Shown one piece after another: positions 56,890 through 64,000 of a stretch of 64,000 bases of DNA (the first letter of the stretch is position 1; every line of letters begins with the position of its first letter). Position numbers and translations under genes: made by a program. The stretch covers positions 64,966 to 128,965 of the forward strand of contig JANXDO010000002.1 in assembly GCA_025059375.1 (NCBI GenBank), read 5' to 3'. The notes under the pieces were generated by a model. That model did no database searches. It was not told the origin of the DNA and worked only from the letters and a program-made list of their open reading frames with translations. The stretch comes from Candidatus Nezhaarchaeota archaeon. GTDB lineage: Archaea > Thermoproteota > Methanomethylicia > Nezhaarchaeales > WYZ-LMO8.

Positions 56890-57681
56890 GTGATTTTAAG
56901 GGAACTACTCAAGAGGGTGGCTGAGGGTTCTCTAAGCATCGAAGAGGCGGAACGTCAAATTAGACTTCTAGCAATAGAGGAGATAGCCGGCATGCTAAGA
57001 CTAGACGTTGGGAGAGAGTTACGTAAAGGAGCTCCAGAGATAGTGATGGGAGAGTATAAGGATTCAAGCCAATTTGAAGCCGCCATTAGGAGCCTAGTGG
57101 AAAAGAGTGGTAGAGCGATAGCTTCAAGATTGAGAGAGGAACACATTAAGGTCTTAGAGAAACTGAAGAGTGAGGGTTATAGTGCGACTCTGAGCATTTC
57201 ACAGAGGGTTGCTGTAGTTAAGAAGGAGGGTTACAGGACACCTAAGAGCGGAGGTAGGGTTGGGATAGTCGCCGCCGGGACGGCTGACGTACCGATAGCT
57301 GATGAGGTTAAGCTGATAGTTGAAGAGCTTGGATGTGATACTGTGATACTTTACGATGTGGGGATAGCTGGACTTCATAGAGCTCTTAATGCAGCCAAGA
57401 AGATCATTGAGGGGGACGTAGATGTTGTTGTAGCTATAGCTGGCATGGAGGGGGCACTACCATCAGTCCTCGCATCACTACTTGATGTCCCAGTCATAGG
57501 TCTACCAATATCAACTGGTTATGGTTTGGGTGGAGGAGGCATTGCCGCCCTACTATCTATGCTTCAATCATGCTCTCCAGGATTACTTGTCGTAAATATT
57601 GATAACAGCGTTGGAGCTGCTGTGGCTGCTGCACTCATGGCTAATAGAGTCGCTAAGTTTAAGTGTGGAGGTCAAACATGA
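56890..57681 (+). CDS. larB: LarB-like (PurE-fold) nickel-pincer cofactor biosynthesis carboxylase/hydrolase
   Basis: It has the LarB-type N-terminal extension and the PurE-like core GRVGIVAAGTADVPIADE…GMEGALP. Confidence 0.7.
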   Translation: MILRELLKRVAEGSLSIEEAERQIRLLAIEEIAGMLRLDVGRELRKGAPEIVMGEYKDSSQFEAAIRSLVEKSGRAIASRLREEHIKVLEKLKSEGYSATLSISQRVAVVKKEGYRTPKSGGRVGIVAAGTADVPIADEVKLIVEELGCDTVILYDVGIAGLHRALNAAKKIIEGDVDVVVAIAGMEGALPSVLASLLDVPVIGLPISTGYGLGGGGIAALLSMLQSCSPGLLVVNIDNSVGAAVAAALMANRVAKFKCGGQT

Positions 57682-58904
57682 AGGTCCTACTTATAGACCC
57701 TATGTTAGCAGGCATCTCAGGTGACATGCTGTTAGCCTCTCTTGTCGATCTAAAGGGAGAGATCAGTGAACTGTACCAATTGGCTGAAATCATTGAGGAG
57801 AAGGTGAATTACTGTAGGAGAGTGACCTTAAGCATTCGGGACGTTAGTAGGCGTGGCATTAGGGCTAAGAGTGTTGATCTAAAGGTTGATGAGGTCTTGA
57901 GTGGCATCACCCCAAGTAGATTCAGAGAAAACGTTGTCAGAGTCTTAGGGGCTGTGGACATAAGCAGTGAAGCTAGGGAGCTCGCCATGAAGGTGGTTAA
58001 TGAGCTCTTAGAGGCTGAAGCTCGCGTTCACTTTGAGCTAGAGGAGTTACATGAAGTGGCCTCTGTGGACACCATCTTTGACGTAGTTGGAGTAGCACTT
58101 ATACTCGACAAGACGGGACTTCTGAAAGCACCGGTGTATACGACACCACCCGCTATAGGCTCAGGCATTATTGAAACAAGTCATGGATTCCTACCAGTTC
58201 CTGCTCCAGCTACGCTAGAGATTATACGTAAGCATGGATTTCCCTACTCCAACATTAAGGTGAATCGTGAGCTAACGACACCAACAGGTGCTGCTCTCTT
58301 AGCTACCCTCACTAAGAGAGTTGTGGACTTCTATCCGCCAATGAGGGTCGTGGGTGTCGGTTACGGAGCTGGCTTAAGCGATTTAGCGGAGATACCTAAT
58401 TTATTGAGGGTTGTTGAAGGTTACGTTCAGCCTGGAATACTCGAAAGAGTGGTTGTGCTTGAGACTTCAGTTGATGATATTACTGGGGAGGTTTTAGGGT
58501 ACCTCTTTGATAGAATGTTTGAACTTGGAGCTCTTGACGTCGCCGTAATACCAGGCATAGGCAAGAAGAACAGGTTAACTAACTTAGTTAAAGTGGTTGC
58601 AAGAATTGAGGATACCGATAAGATAATTGAGGCATTAATAAGTGAGCTGGGAACTTTGGGTGTTAGGGTCCATGAAGAACCTAGAGTTACTGTTGAACGA
58701 AATTTAGAGAAAGTTGAAGTTGAAGTTGAGGGCAAGAAGTTCGTGGTTACGGTTAAGGAGGCTAAGAGGCCAGATGGTAAGGTGCTAAGAATTAAGCCTG
58801 AGTACGAGGACTTAAAAGCAATAGCTAAGGAGCTCAATATGCCGCTAAGAAGAGTCATTGAGATAGTTACGAGACAATTGACCAAGAGTTGTGAGGGTCC
58901 TTAA
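57678..58904 (+). CDS. larC: LarC-like nickel insertion protein (DUF111)
   Basis: The N-terminus MKVLLIDPMLAGISGDMLLASLVDL is the LarC signature. It overlaps larB as ATGA. Confidence 0.7.
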   Translation: MKVLLIDPMLAGISGDMLLASLVDLKGEISELYQLAEIIEEKVNYCRRVTLSIRDVSRRGIRAKSVDLKVDEVLSGITPSRFRENVVRVLGAVDISSEARELAMKVVNELLEAEARVHFELEELHEVASVDTIFDVVGVALILDKTGLLKAPVYTTPPAIGSGIIETSHGFLPVPAPATLEIIRKHGFPYSNIKVNRELTTPTGAALLATLTKRVVDFYPPMRVVGVGYGAGLSDLAEIPNLLRVVEGYVQPGILERVVVLETSVDDITGEVLGYLFDRMFELGALDVAVIPGIGKKNRLTNLVKVVARIEDTDKIIEALISELGTLGVRVHEEPRVTVERNLEKVEVEVEGKKFVVTVKEAKRPDGKVLRIKPEYEDLKAIAKELNMPLRRVIEIVTRQLTKSCEGP

Positions 58905-58982
58905 CGCTTACATGGAGCGAAGAATGTTGTAGTCATTAATGATAGTCGCTGGGACTTCATGGAGTTTTGGACTACACTCAAT

Positions 58983-60314
58983 TTAATCCGATTTAGGTTC
59001 AACTATCAACTTTGGACCATCCTTACTCACTATCCTCACCTTCGACCCCTTCTTGATCGTCTTCAATGCCTTTGCTACCCATAACTCTCCACGAAACATT
59101 ACGTAGCCCTCACCCCCTTCACTTATATCGTCTATGGCCTCAGCATCCTCACCGATTATTAGGCCCACTACAGGCTTCTTTCTCCTTATCCTTACTACCT
59201 TGTAAGCCATGAAGGCTGTCAAGGCAATTATTGGAGCGGTAATGGTAGCTATGGTTAGCACGAACGCGTTAACCCACTCTGGACTTACAGCCCACCTAAC
59301 TGGCTCCATAGCTATCATGAGCAGGCCCCCCATAGCAATCGATATGACACCCGAGACACCAAATAGGCCAAAGCCGGGTGTCAAGGCTTCTACGAGCAGC
59401 AAGATCATTCCTAATGCTATCAGTGCTAGTGCACCTATGCTCAGAGGTGTTGCTCCTAATCCGATTACACCAAGTAGTGCCATTATCGCCCCTATAACTG
59501 CTGATGGATATACCCCAGAGGCTAGCCCAAAAAGTAAGGCTAGCATGCCAACAGTCATTAGCATGTAGGCTATTTGAGGATCAGATATAGCTGTTAAAAA
59601 TAGTACTCTGAGTGATGGCTCGTACTCTACGATCCTTGAGTTTATGGTCTTTAAGGTTACGTTGCCAGCGATTGTATTAACGGTCATGCCGTTAATTGCT
59701 CTTAGGAGCTCACCTACGTTTTCTACCGGTGGAATGTCAGTGATGTCTAACCTGTATGCTTCATCAGCTCCTAGGTTGAGATTTTCAGTTATGAAGCGAA
59801 TGGCAACCTCAACATTCCTACCTCTCTCCTCTGCCTTTTCCTTCATGATTGCTATCAACGCGTTTACGTACTTAGTGTCTTCTATAGGTTGACCCATGAA
59901 GTCAACTGGTTGACACGACCCTATAATGGTGTGTGGAGCCATAGCAGCTATGTGAGATCCTACTAGGATGTATGTTCCAGCGGACCAAGCTCTAGCTCCT
60001 CTTGGATAGACGTATGCAACTACTGGTATCGGTGAGAGCTCTATGCTGTCTAACATCTTGATCATGGAGTCAACTAAGCCACCAGGTGTGTTTAGCGTTA
60101 AGATTATTGTTGAAGCACCGGCACTACGAGCTGAGGAGAAGCCTTCCTCAATGTAGAGAGCTGTTGCAGGTGTTATGGTCCCCTCAATCTTCAGTACATA
60201 GACGAGCGAGCCTTCTTGAGCAGCTGTAGCTGGATGCGTGAAGCTTAGGATGGTAACTATGAGTGATAGCAACAAAAAGGTTATGAGGGGTGTTTTGAGG
60301 CCTATCGTCCTCAT
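58983..60314 (-). CDS. nfeD: NfeD-family membrane-bound serine protease (stomatin operon partner)
   Basis: It has a ClpP-like N-terminal domain, a central polytopic TM region and a C-terminal OB-fold. It is 443 aa and lies immediately downstream of stomatin. Confidence 0.75.
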   Translation of the reverse strand: MRTIGLKTPLITFLLLSLIVTILSFTHPATAAQEGSLVYVLKIEGTITPATALYIEEGFSSARSAGASTIILTLNTPGGLVDSMIKMLDSIELSPIPVVAYVYPRGARAWSAGTYILVGSHIAAMAPHTIIGSCQPVDFMGQPIEDTKYVNALIAIMKEKAEERGRNVEVAIRFITENLNLGADEAYRLDITDIPPVENVGELLRAINGMTVNTIAGNVTLKTINSRIVEYEPSLRVLFLTAISDPQIAYMLMTVGMLALLFGLASGVYPSAVIGAIMALLGVIGLGATPLSIGALALIALGMILLLVEALTPGFGLFGVSGVISIAMGGLLMIAMEPVRWAVSPEWVNAFVLTIATITAPIIALTAFMAYKVVRIRRKKPVVGLIIGEDAEAIDDISEGGEGYVMFRGELWVAKALKTIKKGSKVRIVSKDGPKLIVEPKSD

Positions 60315-60320
60315 GACCGC

Positions 60321-61154
60321 TTACCTTTTCTCAGATGCCCTCTCAGAGAGTCTCATCGTTGTGCCTAGTACTGTTGCCATTTCCCCAAGAGCTTGAGGAG
60401 CTATTATTACGAGGTTTCTCTCTCTGGCTACATCGATTAGAGTTTGAAGTTCTCTTAGTCTTAACGCTATAGGTTGTTCTTGATATGCTTTAGCAGCTTC
60501 AGCCATTATCTTTGAAGCCTGATACTCACCTTCAGCAACAATGATCCTGGCTCTCCTCTCCCTCTCAGCTTCAGCCTGCTTTGCCATAGCTCTAAGCATG
60601 CTTTCGGGCAAACTTACGTCTTTAATTGATACCGCAGTAACCTTTATCCCCCATGGATCAGTCAGGACGTCGAGCACTTGTGTTAGTCGCTTATTGATCT
60701 CCTCCCTCTTAGTTAGTAGTTCATCTAATTCTGACTGTCCTATTACATCTCTAAGAACTGTCTGTCCAAGTAGGCTTGTCGCATAGACGTAATTTTCAAC
60801 CGCCGTTACAGCTTTAACTGGCTCCATGACCCTATAGTATATTACCGCATCGACATCAACTGTCACGTTATCCTTCGTTACGATACGCTGCTTTGGCACA
60901 TCTATAGTTACAACCCTTAAATCAACCTTCACGAACTTATCTATTATCGGTATCCTGAAGAAAAGCCCTGGACCCTTTGAGCCTAAAAGCCTCCCAAGCC
61001 TGAAGATTACAGCTCTCTCGTACTCGTATACCATTCTTATTGATGAACCTATTATGATTAGAATGACGAACAGTAGAAGTATCAAGGCTATAATCTCTGT
61101 GCCCACTGGAAATCTTATCTGCTCTATAAGCCATGACAACACGTTGCTCACCAC
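60321..61154 (-). CDS. stomatin/prohibitin (SPFH) family protein
   Basis: It has an N-terminal TM followed by YEYERAVIFRLGRLLGSKGPGLFFRIPIIDKF…DAVIYYRV, a typical p-stomatin. Confidence 0.85.
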   Translation of the reverse strand: MVSNVLSWLIEQIRFPVGTEIIALILLLFVILIIIGSSIRMVYEYERAVIFRLGRLLGSKGPGLFFRIPIIDKFVKVDLRVVTIDVPKQRIVTKDNVTVDVDAVIYYRVMEPVKAVTAVENYVYATSLLGQTVLRDVIGQSELDELLTKREEINKRLTQVLDVLTDPWGIKVTAVSIKDVSLPESMLRAMAKQAEAERERRARIIVAEGEYQASKIMAEAAKAYQEQPIALRLRELQTLIDVARERNLVIIAPQALGEMATVLGTTMRLSERASEKR

Positions 61155-61409
61155 CTTGCAGTATAGTGAACGTTCTAACTGAAAATTAAGAGCTCTAGGT
61201 TAAAAAGTTATGGATGGGAAGAGCTTTAACAAGGCGTGGATCATCTTTAATAATACCGCCTTATCATTGACCTTAAAGTGCCCCTAAACCTTAACAGCCT
61301 AAAGTGAGAACTAAGTTACACCATTGGATCCTTCCGATTGCAGCGACAAACCTTATGCCCGTCTAAGAGCACTATATAGTGGACATTATTATTGTGAGCT
61401 AGTTTCGCT

Positions 61410-62258
61410 TCAAGACTTTGCAATTCTTCCAAGTATGTCGCTATGCAGCTCTGATGTGCATGCAGCCACAATTGTTGATCTACTCCTCGGCTCTAATCTG
61501 CACTCAATTTCACGTCCATCAGAGTTAGTTATTATGCCTCCAGCCTCCTTTAATGTGAGTACTGCTGCTGCGAAGTCGGGTACTCGAAGGAAGCCTCTGA
61601 GATCAATGAAGGCATCGGAAGCACCTGAAGCTATGAAGCATATTTCGAGTGCGTCGGAGCCTATGAGTCTAACATGCTTTGCATTCTCTATGATTTTAGC
61701 TACTTTATTCACGTAGCCGCTTATTTGACCTCTCACGTTTAGTTCGAAAGCTATGAGTGCATCCTCAACTCTACTGACATTACGAGGTCTTATTCTCAAA
61801 CCATTAAGGAATGCCCCCAAACCTTTCTCGGCGTAATATACATCACCCGTGATTAAGTTGATAACCCCCGCTGCTACTAAGCTGTTAAGGGTGTCACCCT
61901 CAGCAATAGCTATGGCTGAGCTACAAGCAGGATAACCTCTTAAAGCGTTAGTACTGCCATCTACTGGATCGACAACTACATTGAGTCCACCTGAACCGTG
62001 TCTTTTAATGCCACTTTCCTCACTAATTAAAACGAAATCTTTGATATCTTCCTTGAGTGATCTGAGTATCGCGTTCTCAACTTCAAGGTCTAGTACCCTA
62101 ATAACGTCGCCCCCAGCTCCTATGCCAAGCTCTTTCTGTGCTTCGCTTGAACCTTGTATCTCTAAGAAGCGTGCTCTAGCCGTAGCCAGGGCATTTAATA
62201 TGACTTCCCTGAACAACGTGGGCACCAAGGAGACGTTGGCTGAGAACCTAAAAAGCAT
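61410..62258 (-). CDS. suhB: inositol-monophosphatase/fructose-1,6-bisphosphatase family protein (archaeal IMPase/FBPase)
   Basis: It carries VVDPVDGSTNALRG and GSDALEICFIASGASDAFIDLR. Confidence 0.7.
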   Translation of the reverse strand: MLFRFSANVSLVPTLFREVILNALATARARFLEIQGSSEAQKELGIGAGGDVIRVLDLEVENAILRSLKEDIKDFVLISEESGIKRHGSGGLNVVVDPVDGSTNALRGYPACSSAIAIAEGDTLNSLVAAGVINLITGDVYYAEKGLGAFLNGLRIRPRNVSRVEDALIAFELNVRGQISGYVNKVAKIIENAKHVRLIGSDALEICFIASGASDAFIDLRGFLRVPDFAAAVLTLKEAGGIITNSDGREIECRLEPRSRSTIVAACTSELHSDILGRIAKS

Positions 62259-62385
62259 TTTCTAAGGATGTCGCTGATGTCGTGGAGCCTTCCCTCCACC
62301 CTCGAGGTACCAATTTGAACATTAAGTTGTGGGAGACATAACATTATTAAGATGAATGATGTATGTAGTGAGTTCGGTGAGCGTC

Positions 62386-62814
62386 ATGGAGTGTGTCTTC
62401 TGTAGAATTATTGAGGGCTTTGAAAGGTCGGTTAAAGTCTATGAGGATGATGCTTGCATTGCAATCATGGACATAGCGCCAGTCAATAAAGGGCACCTCT
62501 TAGTGATACCTAAGAGGCACTATGAAACTGTCCTCGACATGCCCCTTAACGAGGCGTCACACGTCTTTGGAGTAGCATGCTTAATGGCTAAGGCGCTAAA
62601 GAAAGCTGTTAAGGCTGAAGGGATAAACATCTTACAAAATAGTGGGGCAGCGGCTTGGCAGCACATATTTCACGTCCATGTCCACGTAATACCGCGATGG
62701 AGTAGAGACAAGATCTATGTGTATTGGCCTGCATCACCAAGTAACTTTGAAGAGCTAGAAAGGGTTGCCTCAGTCATAAGGGATGAAGTCACAAGATTAA
62801 AACGAGAATATTGA
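62386..62814 (+). CDS. HIT-family nucleotide hydrolase
   Basis: It carries NKGHLLVIPKRH and the histidine triad HVHVHVIP. I chose the internal ATG. Confidence 0.75.
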   Translation: MECVFCRIIEGFERSVKVYEDDACIAIMDIAPVNKGHLLVIPKRHYETVLDMPLNEASHVFGVACLMAKALKKAVKAEGINILQNSGAAAWQHIFHVHVHVIPRWSRDKIYVYWPASPSNFEELERVASVIRDEVTRLKREY

Positions 62815-63064
62815 GAGAAGATGCTGCTCATCGAGTAGGCAGTGAGATCATCAATGAGGTGTATTAGGAGGCTCTAGACCAGGGTTAGTCAGCCTGCTCG
62901 TCATGCTAAGTGGAAGGAGAAAGTTGGAGCTACACAAGCTCTACGATACGTCACTTAAGTAGTAAAATACGCGAATATAGCTTCACATTCCAACCCTTGT
63001 TAAAGCGCTAATTCGATGTTCCAATGTTTTAATACAAAATAAAACTGGGGGTTGAGTTGAAAGC

Positions 63065-63532
63065 TTATCCCCCTCCTTCAATTTCTGTACTTTCCTCCAT
63101 TGGGTTGTAAAGCTCCCTCTTACTTATTGAAACCCTATCCATTACTTCATTTGATACCATTATTGGCGCCCTGGCTATAAAGGCTAAGGTGACCACGTCT
63201 CCAGCATTACCTTGAACCTCCTTTAATCCCTCTTTAGTCTCTAGTGTAACTTTAGATAGGAATCTGGACTCAGTGATGCCGTAAATGATGGCATTCTTAA
63301 CTCTTACATTGAGGCTATTTAGGACATCCAGCATGAAGTTGTGCGTTAACATGGCTGACTCTCCATTCAATGTGCGCTGTACAGCCGAGGCTTGAGCACC
63401 ATCCATCACAAGTAGAAGTACTCTCTCCCTATCATCTTCAAGAACTGCTACCGGAATAGGTCCTTGCGGGGTACCGGCCACCGCTACAGCTGTGACCTTA
63501 ACTTCTGTTAACTCACCATAGTTCTTACTCAT
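63065..63532 (-). CDS. DUF151/bifunctional-nuclease-domain protein
   Basis: …IPVAVLEDDRERVLLLVMDGAQASAVQRTLNGES…NFMLDVLNSLNVRVKNAIIY… resembles the BFN domain. Confidence 0.55.
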   Translation of the reverse strand: MSKNYGELTEVKVTAVAVAGTPQGPIPVAVLEDDRERVLLLVMDGAQASAVQRTLNGESAMLTHNFMLDVLNSLNVRVKNAIIYGITESRFLSKVTLETKEGLKEVQGNAGDVVTLAFIARAPIMVSNEVMDRVSISKRELYNPMEESTEIEGGG

Positions 63533-63685
63533 TATCCCTCCTAGATGAGGAAGTTCCGAACTACTTAAACTTGCCTCTGTAAATTCTGGTTTAATGAGGC
63601 TTTGTTAGCGCATGACCTCGCGAACTTGATGAGCGTAGTGGGGATGATAGCTATAACGTGAATTTTAAAGGCTCTTTCCAGAATC

Positions 63686-64000
63686 TTAGATTAACCACGA
63701 TGACTTCGACTCAAGTTTCCTTACCCTCTCAACTATCGCCATTAAGACCTCTCCAGCCTTCGCACGCACTACGACGTCAGCCATATCGTCGAGTGGTGTT
63801 GGCTCTAAGTTTATTATTGCTAATTTAGCGCCTTGACGCTTAGCTAAGAGGGGTAGGTGTGCTGCTGGGTACACTTGCAGTGATGTACCCACAGAGATCA
63901 TTAGGTCACAGCTCTCACTCTCTGCATAAGCCTTGAAGAGAGCACTTTGAGGGATAGGTTCATTAAATAGAACAACGTTAAACTTGAGCAGGCTATCACA
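63686..64000 (-). CDS. NAD-dependent protein deacylase (Sir2) C-terminal part; its N-terminus lies beyond the window end
   Basis: MISVGTSLQVYPAAHLP…GAKLAIINLEPTPLD matches the Sir2 C-terminal Rossmann region. The ORF continues to position 64000 without a start. Confidence 0.6.
   Translation of the reverse strand, partial: CDSLLKFNVVLFNEPIPQSALFKAYAESESCDLMISVGTSLQVYPAAHLPLLAKRQGAKLAIINLEPTPLDDMADVVVRAKAGEVLMAIVERVRKLESKSSWLI

Noticed and set aside
58983-61154. Stomatin-NfeD pair as something unusual
   Set aside because: This is the well-known archaeal p-stomatin/STOPP protease operon (the PH1511/PH1510 type) and is ordinary.
1-64000. CRISPR arrays, tRNA/rRNA genes, IS elements/integrases
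   Set aside because: I scanned all intergenic gaps over 80 nt (e.g. 26335-26551, 35473-35886, 40379-40590, 43776-44120, 53328-53824). There are no regularly spaced direct repeats, no 7-bp acceptor-stem/T-loop (GTTCRANYC) architecture, and no transposase or integrase motifs among the ORFs. This is a by-eye scan, so a small or intron-containing tRNA could have been missed.

Overview
This is a gene-dense (~90% coding) archaeal chromosomal window of about 65 protein-coding genes. I found no rRNA, tRNA, CRISPR array or obvious mobile element. Gene content and codon usage point to an anaerobic, probably thermophilic, TACK/Thermoproteota-like archaeon: Alba, RadA, family-4 UDG, stomatin/NfeD, a tungsten AOR, frequent GTG/TTG starts, 4-nt ATGA overlaps, and TATA boxes ~25 nt upstream of start codons. 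Recognisable blocks are: (i) a 7-kb redox cluster of HdrB, HdrC, an FwdD-like protein, an 8-cluster polyferredoxin, HdrA fused to MvhD, FwdB and a ferredoxin; (ii) citramalate/isopropylmalate synthase with a wHTH regulator; (iii) a radical-SAM-rich locus with two paralogous Cys-ribbon radical SAM enzymes, each next to an ACT+V4R protein, bracketing a GT2 glycosyltransferase and a standalone Mo/W-bisPGD oxidoreductase; (iv) sugar-nucleotide genes (PGM/PMM, GalT); (v) tungsten AOR with its ferredoxin, plus a radical SAM/SPASM maturase-like gene; (vi) an F420 theme (CofE, FrhB/FpoF-like subunit); (vii) LarB-LarC, stomatin-NfeD and housekeeping genes. The most unusual items are a 926-aa protein with two AAA+ modules fused to a Lon-type Ser-Lys peptidase domain, translationally coupled to a secreted/membrane protein; a duplicated radical-SAM + ACT-V4R cassette; and a seven-gene overlapping operon that embeds radA among uncharacterised genes (a SWIM zinc finger, a wHTH protein and a poly-Leu membrane protein). 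All calls rest on motif recognition in the supplied translations; no database searches were run.
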